Of a stretch of DNA of 56,789 bases, positions 12,900 through 25,849 are shown piece by piece. How positions within the stretch are numbered: the stretch's first letter is position 1; every line of letters starts with the position of its first letter. Under the pieces are notes generated by a model that saw nothing but the letters and a program-made list of their open reading frames with translations, ran no database searches and was not told the DNA's origin. The stretch is from NCBI RefSeq assembly GCF_001194135.2, contig NC_068988.1, positions 39,782,529-39,839,317 of the forward strand. Reading direction: 5' to 3'. A program made the position numbers and the translations under genes. This stretch comes from Octopus bimaculoides (Eukaryota).

Positions 12900-13380
12900 T
12901 AAAGAAATGCTCAGCATTTCCAGTACTGGACGAGTACCTTATCTATTTTTAATATCAAAAAGAATATCAACAAAAAAGAATTTTTCAACGCGTCGGATGT
13001 CATCAATTGTACTTTTTATCTGGAATTAAAAGTGAGATATTGTGTTAGGTATACTGTTCCAGTTGTTGAGTATCAAGGCTATTGCGACTGAGTGTTGCAA
13101 ACCTAGTTCACACTGTCACTGGCAATCTATATTGATGAAAATCCTTGTCAGTTATACTTGAATAAGATACGATATTTTGAACTGCATCGCTAATATAAAA
13201 ATCTTGATGATCTTTCTTCATCTCTTCATCTCAATATTTCTTTTTTCATGTTATCTAGATTTTATGGAAGTGTGAAAAGAATTCGTTTCGTACTGTTTTC
13301 TTGACTAAAATATCTTCCATCTCCTTCAGGTTTAATACCAAGACACATCATAGCAGAATGTTGGACAATTGTATCTGTAC
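12900..13380 (-). pseudogene. Decayed coding-like segment, possibly a VLIG post-GTPase helical region
   Basis: Translation LNLKEMEDILVKKTVRNEFFSHFHKI*IT*KKKY*DEEMKKDHQDFYISDAVQNIV resembles a recalled VLIG motif (EF..MW..W..EL). Several stops sit where Trp codons would be expected. Confidence 0.25.
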
Positions 13381-13448
13381 GTACGCACAGTTCAAAGTTT
13401 TGCACATAGTTAGATCCACAGTTAGATGTCTTTGTTTATGGAGCAAAC

Positions 13449-13582
13449 GCAGAGAGAAAGAGAGACATACAGAGAGAAAGAGAGACATACAGAGAGAAAG
13501 AGAGAGAGAAACAGTTAGATAGATAGATATATAGATAGGGAGAGATAGAGAGGGAGAGAGAGAGAGAAAGAGAGGGAGAGAT

Positions 13583-13637
<55 letters not shown>
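13449..13637. repeat. (AG)n / (AGAT)n compound microsatellite
   Basis: Direct sequence; explains the SLSLSL ORFs. Confidence 0.95.
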
Positions 13638-14446
13638 CCATCTTCTGTTGCTTGGCATAACAGGTCGTTGAGAGAGAAGAAATGATTTCTTTACTTGGCG
13701 ACTAATTGTCAGGTGAGCGCACAGAAGTATAGACGTGTCATTGTGCGTGTTGTTATGTGTTTTTATGTTTGTGTGTAAGGTGTATAGAGGAGGAACGTTT
13801 CGTATGTGATTCTGTATTGTGTGTGCCTGTGTTTGAGTGTCTTTTTGTATCCCTATTATATACACAGGTTAGTCTGTATGTCTGTGTGTATATGAGTGTG
13901 CATGTGTCTTGGTGAGACTGTAGAACTTGTGAGAGTGTAATGTGAGTGAGTGTCCGTGTATTTCATATGAATATGTACGGTTATTTTTTTCTTGCTTGGA
14001 TGTGACTACGTGTGTGTATTTATGTGGCAGTCATTAGTAGAGTTCTCGGTATACGTATGCGCAGCTGGACGTACAAGCGTGTCTTTCATACTCTAATACG
14101 AATATTAGATGTGTTTTGTGCCGTTAATAATTGATTGTATTTGTATGCTTTATATGAACGTCTGTGTGTTAAGTGTACTGGGGGAGATATTTAGAGGAAG
14201 ATACAAGAAGAATCGATGCCAGAAAATGTGTTTGTGTGTGTGTGTGTGTGGCGGGGGGGGGGTCGTTTTGAACAGAATAATGAAAAGCTACCCTCAGTGG
14301 AGCCAACGATTAGCAGTTTGATTATGTAAGGCTAAACCAAACACTATGAAATGCTAAATCATCAGTGGAGTATAAATGTTAATGGTTAGATGTCTCAGTT
14401 TCGATAGCGGATGTTACCAATATATACACGTCTGCCTACCTGCCTC

Positions 14447-15155
<709 letters not shown>

Positions 15156-15214
15156 TATTTCATATAACATGCGTCACCACTGTATATCTGTTGTACTAAT
15201 ATTTGCGAGGCGTT

Positions 15215-15431
15215 GAAGGCGATGATTCGGCAGAATCGTTTGTACGCCGGGTAAATTGCCTAGCAGTATTTCGTATGTCTTTACGTTCTAAGTTCAAATT
15301 TTGCGGAGGTCGACTTTACCTTTCGTCCTTTCGGTGTCGATAAATTAAGTACCAGCTTTGTTCCGGGGTCGATCTAATCGACAGGCACCCCCTCACTAAA
15401 TATTTCTGGCTTTGTGCCTTGAGTAGAAAAG
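15215..15431 (+). mobile_element. Octopus-type SINE
   Basis: ggcagaatcgtt...gttctaagttcaaattttgcggaggtcgactttacctttc...gtcgataaattaagtaccag...ggggtcgatctaatcgac; homologous to the copies at 6590-6955. Confidence 0.85.
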
Positions 15432-16659
15432 AAAATCAAATATATAGTCGACTTCCTATAGTGTAGAACTGCTGATTTGCATCCACATGATTATAGAATA
15501 CCAGGGAAAAGAGAAATGATATGTTCAGAATCAATGGTTGTTGTGATGTTGATGTTTTAACAGGGGTAAATCCTAAACGAGCAGTCATATAATCAAAATG
15601 TTATTGTAGCTGTAACCAGCCTGACATTTGTTTGGAGATATGTAGAACTACATTGTGTAATGCGGAATTTCCAAATTTAGAGTAATTGAATTCAGGAGAA
15701 TTCAGCTGATGTTACTTGCAGGTTGAGAATACACACTGGAGCTCCCTCTCACGAGGCTGAAGATGATAGTGATGAAGCAGAAGTAGATGATGATGATGAA
15801 GGAGATTGAACAGACATATGATTAATGTAGTTTGTGTTGTGAACATCCCATCGCTTTTCGAATCATTGACCACTATATCATTATTTCTTTTAAGTCATTA
15901 GAGTGTGACTTAGCGGGAGATTATTCACAGTTCTTTGTAGCAGTTTGAGTCAGAGATAATGCCAGAGAACATACTAAAGTAGCAGGTGTTGCTTTTTCTC
16001 TCAGATAATGTGAAACAAATTATGTCGGTTTATTTTATTATCGTCATCGCACATAAACATTAATGCAAGCTGCCAGCTGTGTTATGAAACAATAATATAT
16101 AAGAACGGTTTGACAGATTCCTAATTATTACTTTAGACATTCGCACTGAATCGTTTGATAAAGCCAAGGACAAAAACAAAAGAGAAAAAAATGTTTTCAC
16201 TCATAAACTATCGAATAAACTATCGACACATATGCACGTTAAGGAATACACTACAGTTCTAGAATGAACTCGACTTTCATATTAGCAATAGAAGTGCTAT
16301 TACTAAGTGATACAACAGAATGACAAGTTTGTACGTGAGGAGCCATGAATCTTGGTTAGGAGGTACGTGTAAGGGGGAGATGTTCACATTACACTACCGC
16401 TTTTAATGCTTTCTGACAGAACCTGAATTTACAGACTCTGATATAACTACACTAAATACGTGACTAATCATGCCACGAATAATAAATAACTATGTAATAG
16501 TTGTATTAGAATTTATGAAATATGAGGTAGAATGATGCTGATATTGGCAGTGGTGATGGTTTTTGGTTGTAGAGGTGTTTTCACTAGTGAAGTTGTCTTA
16601 ACAATATACTAAAATACTATCAACAACACCGACAAAAATTCGTAGAACCCTTCAACGAA

Positions 16660-16935
16660 GGATCTTATACGTGGTAGAACTATTCCCACTAACCGCTCCA
16701 TGCCACGTTAAAAAAGGACACTGTGGCCAATGTAGTATCCCTCACCGGGTATGACCATATAGAGGTCGAAACCATATGGTCTAGTGGTCAGAGGGCTAAA
16801 ATAGTAGGGAATTCAATATATATCGATTGCAGAGTATAGTGAACAAACAGTTGGAGAAGGCATTCTACTGGGGTTGAAATAGTAGTATCGGCGGTTACTG
16901 GGGAACACCAGTGTTTAGGTGACGTTAAACATTAC
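16660..16935 (+). mobile_element. Short GC-richer interspersed repeat carrying a degenerate hammerhead-like fold (16739-16795)
   Basis: GC-richer island in AT-rich DNA with GACC/GGTC stem, GAAA, palindrome CCATATGG and TC triplet. Family not identified. Confidence 0.4.
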
Positions 16936-17054
16936 TTCTCAGTATAAATCTCTTATAGAAATTTTCTTAACTAGCTATTTTGCTTGGTACATATATATAG
17001 ATATACATAAATGCATATATGCATATATACATACATAACAATGCCAAAAAAAAA

Positions 17055-17350
17055 AAGAACTGAAAGTAATAGCAACATTTTCAGCTGATATAGACATGGA
17101 ATTCGGCCAAAAGAAGTCTTCATAATTGGTTACAGAAAAAGAAAAGTCAGTACCCCAAACCCAAAACCTATGCATCAAAGGTCTCTCTGTCTCCAACATT
17201 CCGCACACAGAATGTTAGAAGTACCTAGGCAAATGTACCATATGAAGGCACTGTGAATAAACAAAGAGTCACCCGAGAATATTACACCAGACTTGAGAAA
17301 ATATAGCAGTGGGAACTCTCCTCTTACAACAATACAATATCCCACAATGC
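17055..17350 (+). mobile_element. R4/Dong-clade LINE reverse-transcriptase fragment
   Basis: KELKVIATFSADIDMEFGQKK...EC*KYLG / YEGTVNKQRVTREYYTRLEKI*QWELSSYNNTISHNA, matching the post-YMDD region of RLE-type R4 RTs. Confidence 0.75.
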
Positions 17351-17770
17351 ACTTGTTCCCCTACTCCCGCCCACGCTGCCGCACTTGCCCTTATCTCCTC
17401 TCCAACACCATAGTCCTCTCAGGCACCCATCATCGATCCTATCATATCACTGACTCCTTCACGTGCACTTCTAGCATCATCTACTGCAACTCCTGCTTTC
17501 TCTGTCCTTCTGTATACATCGGGCAAACGGGACGTCGCTTGGCTAACCGGTTCGTGGAACACCTCCGAGACATCCGACTCAGCAACGACACACCGGTCTC
17601 GCGCCATTTCCGCTCCACCGGTCACTCCTTATAACACTTGTCTGTGTTCGGATTGTCCTTGCACAGGGGCATCCAGATTCCCATCTCCACCGTGAGCAGG
17701 GATGAATGCTCTCTCTTCGCTCCTTTGCTCCACATGGGCTCAACCTTCCTCCCCTCTTCAACTCAACCTC
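17345..17770 (+). mobile_element. Penelope-like element GIY-YIG endonuclease fragment
   Basis: ORF 17293-17634: CRTCPY...SFTCTSSIIYCNSCFLCPSVYIGQTGRRLANRFVEHLRDIR...PVSRHFRSTGHS, a GIY-YIG domain with the PLE CxxC motif; stop at 17632-17634 followed by decayed continuation. Confidence 0.92.
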
Positions 17771-17916
17771 CTCCACTCTCTTCTCTCCCTCTCACACCTA
17801 CTTCCTCCCACTGACTTCTCTCTTCATCTAGCACCTTCTTCCTCCCTTCACTCCTACCCACCTTCTCCCTTCAACAAGAGTCGTACAATATTTAGATAAA
17901 TATATACTTACATATA

Positions 17917-18447
17917 AGAGACCAAAGTGCAAGTGCGCCGCTATATGTCTTTATATACAAAAAAATACAAAATGGGACAAAAACGCAAAACATACAGACA
18001 GGTGATCAAAAAAAGGGACGACAAAACATCCAAAGAAAACAAGGACGGGTCATTCGGTGTCCCTGTCATTTTTCTCGCCCCTCCTTATTTCTTCTGTCCC
18101 TCTGCCTCTAAATTTCTCTCTTCTCTCCCCACATGACCGGTGTTCGGCCAAGCCAGACCTTTCTTTCTTGGTTCGGCCGCATCCGTGCAACATCTATAAT
18201 CCTTCCTGTGCATGTAAAATCTTGTATCCCTACCGTAAGGCTTTACTTCTACACTAGTTATTATGTCCTGTGATTTGTATTTGTGTAACATCCTCCATTT
18301 TTCTCCGTCCTTGTTTTCTTTGTATCGTCTATCTGGACGTTTTGTTGTCCCTTTTTTGTATCACCTGCATGGATGTTTTCCGTTCTTGTCCTATTTTGTA
18401 TTTTTATATATAAAAATATATAGCGCCGTACATTCACTTTGGTTTCT
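17917..18447. repeat. Imperfect inverted repeat (arms about 17917-18048 and 18305-18447)
   Basis: The reverse complement of the left arm (ccgtccttgttttctttggatgttttgtcgtccc...cactttggtctct) aligns to the right arm at roughly 80% by eye, with one insertion of about 11 bp. Confidence 0.85.
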
Positions 18448-18488
18448 CTGTCTGTCTGTCTGTCTCTTTCTCTCTCTTTCTCTCTCAT

Positions 18489-18524
<36 letters not shown>

Positions 18525-18541
18525 TCCATATATATATATAT

Positions 18542-18930
18542 TAATTCTGCCATGTAGGGAAACCATTGGGCCAGCAGATTTCTAAGATATAGCCCCTCAA
18601 ATCACCATAGACCCCTCTCTCGACATTTGACAGTTGGAAGTAGGCTGAATGGATCAAATGCTTCTTTTGACTGTCTCCACACGTATACTCAGCCGGTGGT
18701 CGGAAATAAGGTAAAGGATGACTCGTCCGCGAAAATCATGTTCTTCCACTGCTCTAGGGACCAATTGTATAGGTTTTTACTCCACTCTAAACGCTTTGCA
18801 TCGTTTGTTTTGGAAAGTAGTGGTTTTCTGATTGCAGCCCTCCCGTGAAATCTGGCTTCGTGTAGCTCCCGGCGAACAGTTTTTGTGGAAACTGGGTTCT
18901 CGCGGTGGTCGTTAAGCTCAGCATTAATTC
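18542..18930 (-). mobile_element. Tc1-like transposase fragment
   Basis: PVSTKTVRRELHEARFHGRAAIRKPLLSKTNDAKRLEWSKNLYNWSLEQWKNMIFADESSFTLFPTTG*VYVWR...GPMVSLHGRIN: Tc1 HTH region plus the first catalytic D (FADES). Confidence 0.92.
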
Positions 18931-19149
18931 TGAGAGCTGTACAAGTATCTCAAGTCATTTAGAATATCTAATAAGGGTAAGGTGAATTTGAAGTCTTACA
19001 ATTGTTTCTGAGATATCTCAAGCGATAGACTTACATGTCCGTACACTGGTATTCCGTCATCAAAGACAATGTGAGAATCTATGAATGTTCTAGACAAGGA
19101 ATTTCAGAGTTTATAAGGAATAAATTAGTAGAAAGATAAAAAGTAAAAT

Positions 19150-19780
19150 AATAGATAAAAGAATACAGACAGGAGAATAACGTTCACAGCTCGTCTTCCT
19201 TTTCCTGTCTGTATTCTTCTAGCTACCGTTTTAATCTTCATTCTTCTATCTTCTATTTTATTCCTTATAAACTCAGAATTTCCCTGTCTAGAAATTACAT
19301 ACAGAGTTTCCTTGTCTCTGATGATGGACCTGGTGATTCTAAGACATATATTGCTTTCTGAAAGCAATGATAGACAAAGATTATTATCACTCATTGTATA
19401 TCTGGTCGTTACTTATGTAGTACGCTGCTGGTGAGTGTTTCACACACAATCTGCTTGCTTAGGGGCTTCATCTTCGTCCAGAACCTGATACAAACGATAC
19501 CGTAGGACCTTGCTTTCTCAATATAGATAATGAGGATTCAGTTGCCCATCAGTGCTTCCTTTAAATCTTGCTTTGTGGGAATTGAGAAAATGATCCACCT
19601 TCTCTTTTTCCGTTGTTCAGGATTTTTTTTAGGCAAGGATATTAAGCTGCTATCATTGTAAGCTTCCATTGCTTAGTATGGGATCATTTATTATTTTTTG
19701 TCGCATCCAGCATTTTAATACTAGAGCCCTCTTGGGGAATCCAACTCCATGTATTGACGATGAAATTTATGTGAGAGTGT
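19150..19780 (-). pseudogene. Decayed coding-like segment resembling a VLIG post-GTPase region
   Basis: HKARFKGSTDGQLNPHYLY*ESKVLRYRLYQVLDEDEAPKQADCV, then after a frameshift VCETLTSSVLHK*RPDIQ; resembles recalled VLIG H..F...NDP..YLE.K...YF..F......A...C...L. Recall only. Confidence 0.3.
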
Positions 19781-20325
19781 CTTTTTGTGTATGTTCATGT
19801 GTGTGCGCGCACGTATGTGTGCACGTGTGTTTAAGTGTGAGTTCGTGTTTGTGTTCGTGTGTATATGCGTGTTCCTATTGTTACTATTCTTACTATTGTC
19901 TTAAACTTTCACGCATACAGAGGACAACTTTGACTGCTCAGGTCTGCTTCACAATAGAAGAAAAGTTACGTTGATACTTGTTTCTGAAAGCGCCACATCC
20001 GTCTGTCTGTGTGTCTGTCTGTCTATCTATCTATCCATACATTGGTGACAATTGAATCTTTCCTTTTCAATTTTACATCGCCTATAGCTGCCTACGTTAT
20101 ATTATATTATATTATATCTATTATATGATATGATATCATATATATATATATATATATATANNNNNNNNNNNNNNNNNNNNNNNNNNNNNNNNNNNNNNNN
20201 NNNNNNNNNNNNNNNNNTTAAAACCAACTTTTGTTCGAAAAAGTCTTTATAATACATGTACTCCAAATATCAAAATTAATAGCGTAAAGAAACGCGATCT
20301 TTCAAACCGTCACATATGATAATGA

Positions 20326-20404
20326 TGATGATGAAGTTAAGGATGGTGATGATCATAATAATAATAATAATAATAGTAATAATAACAAAAACAACAACAA
20401 AAAC

Positions 20405-20470
<66 letters not shown>
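20326..20470. repeat. (GAT)/(AAC)/(AAT)n trinucleotide microsatellite
   Basis: Direct sequence; source of the poly-I and poly-L ORFs. Confidence 0.95.
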
Positions 20471-20889
20471 CTGCAAAGGAAAAACAAAGTGTAACATGTG
20501 AAAAAATCATCAGTCAGTCTCATTCTTCTTTTAACCAATAAGATATCAGTTAGATGTCTCCCTCGAGTTTTCAACTATTAACAAGCGTTTAATACATTTT
20601 CTAGACCTGACATTGAAAGAGCATACAATATTTCCGGTGAAAAAGATACAAAATTGAATTGAAACTACGATTATATATCTATGCTAATGGCTCTAACAGC
20701 CAGTTATCAGACAGTTATAATATAACAATAACTGTATGTTTTAGACACACTACCCCATTATTAATGAAGATGGATATTTCAAACACTGCTAAACGAATGA
20801 AAATAATTTGAATGCTACTTAAACCCCAATTGCGAAGCTATAAATGGCCGTGCTCACACTCACCAACACACACACATACACGCACACAC

Positions 20890-20927
<38 letters not shown>

Positions 20928-21178
20928 GGTAAATGAAAGACGGAATATGGAATATACGCGCATTTTAACTTAGGACAATTGTTCCGACACATCTAGCATC
21001 AACCCCTCACGAGTGGGATACTTAATATCTGGTGTGTGTATGTGTGTGTGCGTGTGTGTTCGCGTGTGTGCGCGTGTGTGCGGGTGTGTGGGCGTGTGTG
21101 TGGATGTTACACACACACACACATGCGTATATGTACATAATATACATACATACACATATAAACACACACACACATACA

Positions 21179-21223
<45 letters not shown>

Positions 21224-21744
21224 GGCTATAAAAGGTACCTGGCTTTGGATAAAAGAATACAGGAGGATCATGTAATTAGGATTTTATTCAACATATTCGC
21301 CTCTCAGATTCGCACATGTATTGTAGGCGTCTTTCAATGTTTCTAGGCCCTGTGAAAGTGATCGGAAGGTTGGGCCTCCCACCAAGCCTTTCGTGAGACC
21401 TTTGAAGCCAGGAAATATTTTTTGTCTACGTAGCCGAAGAAGGAATTATGCAGTAGTAAGTTATGCGAATAAGAGTTTATTCTATTTCAACGAGATAACA
21501 CTTTGAATCACCTAAGGAGACACATGTACACCGAGAGATATATTAAACCAGCTGTGTATTATCGCACCCGCGTGTGATCGATACTAGATTGGTCGAAACA
21601 ATTGTAGTGATCAATAAAAATTCTCGTACAATCCATCTTCCGTCTCTGTCATTGATTACACACCCAACGATCACTGAGCTAGTGTACGTGTTTTACCGGC
21701 AAACTGCCAGGTATATACCATGCAATTTATTAACTACTAACTCC

Positions 21745-21796
<52 letters not shown>

Positions 21797-21949
21797 GTCT
21801 GTCTGTCTGTCTGTCTGACTGTCTGTCTGTCTGTCATTATATATAAATACACATAAGCACGTACCACACTGCTATAAGACAAAGAGCCCGGAAGTATCTA
21901 CTTCTGACAGGAGCAGCGCCTCAATACTACCTGCCAACACAGTCTGACA

Positions 21950-22330
21950 CTGATTCTGAACATCAAGTGGTTTTCCCGAGGTTTTTGGCTTGCACGTGGA
22001 CTCGGAGCGTACTCATCCTACTGAAATGACGTGGCCTTCTTTGGTTGGGCCATATGTACCGTATGCCAGATGAGCGGGTCTCAAAAGAACTGTCATGCAG
22101 AGAATTAGACTCTGGCAAGAAAACACAAGAGTGGCCCCATGATAACTTGAGGGAAGTTTTAAATAGCGACAAGATGTCTTTTTAATTGAACGGTGAAAAT
22201 TAGGAGTACAATGCTTTCTCTCGATGGTGATTGGAACTAATGAAGGTTTCAAAAAGGCGTGAGAAGAGGCCGAGCATATTGAACGAAGAAAAGCAAATTC
22301 GACAAAGAAGCTGAAAAGGGACCAAATTTG
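21950..22330 (+). mobile_element. RTE-clade LINE 3' fragment
   Basis: SVLILLK*RGLLWLGHMYRMPDERVSKELSCRELDSGKKTQEWP matches the RTE C-terminal motif RLRWLGHV.RM.D.R.PK..L.GEL..G.R..GRP. Confidence 0.8.
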
Positions 22331-22619
22331 AGTGCAGCGAATTCACATATACTTAATGTCGCTGGGACTGACACTCACATGTCGGCCAACAAGACTAAAG
22401 CAAGCATTTCTAGGCGAAGATATATAGTCTCACGGAAATAACAGTTACCTTACCTACACCCGAACCCTGCAATGTCCTGTTAAAAAAAATAATAATGTCA
22501 TTTTCATTATATATGTATAAATATATGTATTTACAAACTTTTTTGCGTGCTTGTGTAAGAGAGTGTGTGAGCTTAGAACACATCGGAAGTACGCTATGTT
22601 TACGTTGCAATGGCTAACA

Positions 22620-24420
22620 TTTGTGAGTGAATATCATCGGAGAAATGTATTCAAACACAGTATTTCGTGCAGTTACGAAATTTATTTAAAACGACATGCA
22701 TGATATTTACAGCTTAATAGGCATTCTTACTAGAATGGTAAAACTTTCATTACGCTTCGATTCTAGACACAGCGAGGATTTTGCTTTATGTTTAGAAACC
22801 ATCAATCAGATTGTGTGTGAAGCAAATATCCATTTCGAAAATAGATTAACGTTTCCTTTATTTACAAGCAAAAGAGACAAAAGAACACGAGATCTTGTTC
22901 TTTACTTTATGCATTTCGATACCTTACTTTCCAGAAATTAATTTACGCTGCATGCGATTTTATCTGTTATTACCCCACTGTTGATACAGATAGTTAACAA
23001 TTTCTGATTTCTCTTTATTTTCTCTGTATCTCCTTGAAACATTGAAACAATTACATTACAGTTCTTGCATCACCATTTTGTGCCGTTGCATCGTATTTGG
23101 CTAACAGAGCTGTTGAATTTTTACAGAGTTTCAAACAGCTACAGTTTTGAAGAAAAATTTCCTCCAATTTAACCAGAATGTAAATAAAATATCCGGATAA
23201 ATTTGGGTGATTAACAATTCAAATTCCTTTTCTCTGTTTGATTCTTTCTCTGTTGGATTCCAAAACAACTTTTTCCACAGCAATGAGTAATTTGATACAT
23301 TTTAATTTCCTAAAGACGTTCTGCAAGGAGGAAGTAAAATGGGTAATAAAACATTTTCAATAATTTCTTGTCATTAACTGCATGGTAAGTGAATTTGTCG
23401 CGGAAAGAATCACTCCAGCAGATCAGAAAGATGCTTTAAAGAATATTTTATGTTGAGCTTTCAGATTTAATCGAGTTTTGTAAATTTCCCATCATATGCC
23501 ATTTTCCATGACCCTCTATCAATTTACCTAAATGTTTATTTTGTTTTTGTATTTTCGATCTTTGTGATGTCTAAGGATAGGTACTCATGTGTATGAGTCA
23601 GTTTGCAAATATAATTCTGAAAATTTGAAAACGAAAATTAATCTTATTTTGTTATACTTATTTCCCACCTGAATTTGTCTTCTGTATGCTCAAAGAGAAA
23701 GGAGAAAATGTAGAAACGCTGCTGAAGATGAATTCAGCATCTTTAATTTTCCAAACAAACTGCAATTATCTATTGGGAAAATTGCATACATACATAAGCC
23801 TTAAATACAAACATAATTAGCCAAACACACACACACACACACAAACACACAGGTACAAACACGCACACATATATACACAAATATACGTGCATGCATATAT
23901 ATATATATATATATATATATANNNNNNNNNNNNNNNNNNNNNNNNNNNNNNNNNNNNNNNNNNNNNNNNNNNNNNNNNNNNNNNNNNNNNNNNNNNNNNN
24001 NNNNNNNNNNNNNNNNNNNNNNNNNNNNNNNNNNNNNNNNNNNNNNNNNNNNNNNNNNNNNNNNNNNNNNNNNNNNNNNNNNNNNNNNNNNNNNGTCAGA
24101 CTACTATAAAAAGCACATTTTTATCGAATGCGAGGAAATGCAACTCTCAAAGCCAACCCCTCAAAAACGAACTAAATTATGGATCATGATTTCGTAGTTA
24201 TTGTAATATTATACAACTTCTACTCGTCAGTAAAATATGGTCCAGAAAAATAGAAATAGTCAGTGAATCAACATACCAAACGAACACCATGTATCCAGCA
24301 TAGCATATAGACGACTGTTCATCGCTATTTCCCTATGTAAGTGGCGGGAATTTCGATTTGCATCTCGGTAAATATGCCTCTTACTCAGAATAAATTCAGC
24401 ACTGAATATATTCTGGTAAT
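22620..24420 (-). pseudogene. Decayed VLIG/GVIN1-like segment immediately N-terminal to the GTPase domain
   Basis: Collinear minus-strand pieces: LSKRHIYRDANRNSRHLHREIAMNSRL / HGVRLVC*F (about 24400-24250); ILFTFWLNWRKFFFK (about 23170); RKLISGK*GIEMH (about 22930); CFTHNLIDGF*T (about 22800); MHVVLNKF (about 22690). These follow the recalled VLIG order HR..G...DG.VE..W; FL.WL; FGLEH; LL.DGFPLE; V..VL.KL. The P-loop itself was not found. Confidence 0.4.
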
Positions 24421-24953
24421 ATATTTTAATTCAATAATAGGACGAATTCTTTTACAAGAATTTATCAAGTAGCTAGCGTGAAAAAAACCTCATAAGGGAA
24501 AAAATCCATCATTTATTCCCGAAATATATATTTATATTTATATACGGGCATTACTTAATAAATTATACAAAAATGATATTATTTGAATAATTAAGAGTCT
24601 CATAAAACAGGGCACTCAATGCTACCATTCTTACGCCATATACTAATTTTAACATTATACCATGAACGTACTAAAATAATAAATCTGTCCACTGACAAAG
24701 CAGAAACAGCTAAACCAGAGAGCACGCTTACAAATAAACAATGAGAGTTATCGAATCGATGTCAAAAGTTTTAAGTTCCAAGTCACTTACTGTCACGTAT
24801 GTAGTGTGTGTGTATACATATATATATAAATTTATATATGTATATATATATGTGTATGCCTATGTGTGCATCTATGTATATAGATATATGTATGTACGTA
24901 AGTATACTTATACCTACACGTACATACATACATACACATATATATACATGCAT

Positions 24954-25036
<83 letters not shown>

Positions 25037-25849
25037 CTTACATTTTCATACGCACTCACATAAACGTAATTTTATTTGCACAAGTATGCATAAACGAAAA
25101 TACTCACACGGCATAGGTACACTCAATGTTGTGTTAGAGATGTATACTCTACTTAGCATAGGAATCTCACCGTATGCCGTCTATGGGCATATACACCGTA
25201 TTCGCACTATCATTCAATAGACATTCTTCGATAATTGCAGCTGACGAACCACACCAGTCATACATACACTCAGTAATAACCGCTTTTGCCGTTACTCATG
25301 TAACTTTTTAAGCGTTTCCCAAGTATAATTATTTCTGTCCTCCCTTCTCAGCTTCTGTATATATTAGGTCCTTCCTCCTCCTTCATTTTCTGTTACTTCA
25401 GACGATATTCTAAGGTCCGAAATTTTACTGTCAGTATTATCCCTCATTCATCGTATTCCAATGCCTCTTTTTTACAGTTTTCAAAGTTTTCAAAGACTTT
25501 GCCTTTTATATCTATATATGCGCGAGTGTATGTGTATTCATTCACACACGCACACTCAACAAACAAACAAACATATATTAATATTCTTTATTAATTCAAC
25601 GAAACAAACAATTGCTAGTCTAACATATTAAAATAAACTGCAAGCCATGAAGTCACGTTTCTCAACAAAATAAACTGATGGTTTTGCTGTTTCATGTTGA
25701 AGGACAATTTTGTATTTGAACTAGTTTACATTATGAAATATTAAAATAGTTTTGAGAGTAACTTCCGGTTTTTCGTTCGTTATTTTTGCTAAATGCAAAT
25801 AAAGAACAGAAACACGTAAGGATACCGAGCAGTATACTTAAACATACAT

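Noticed and set aside
15720-15810. AG-preceded mini-frame LRIHTGAPSHEAEDDSDEAEVDDDDEGD*, resembling a ZNF linker and acidic terminal exon
   Set aside because: The acceptor lacks a polypyrimidine tract, the acidic run is a GAT-rich low-complexity tract, and there is no upstream finger or partner exon.
16371-16500. aagggggaga followed by TGTTCACA (PPT/LTR-start-like junction)
   Set aside because: No retroelement coding remnants upstream and no second LTR; a ten-base motif is insufficient.
20276-20574. Poly-I, poly-L and poly-M ORFs (also 37909, 39446, 55265-55991)
   Set aside because: Translations of (AAT)n, (GAT)n and (CAC)n microsatellites.
21561-21611. ggtcGAAAcaattgTA, a third hammerhead-like 3' half with palindromic stem III
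   Set aside because: Stem II does not pair, the core is corrupted (gtgatcga), and the candidate stem I partner is not adjacent to the core.
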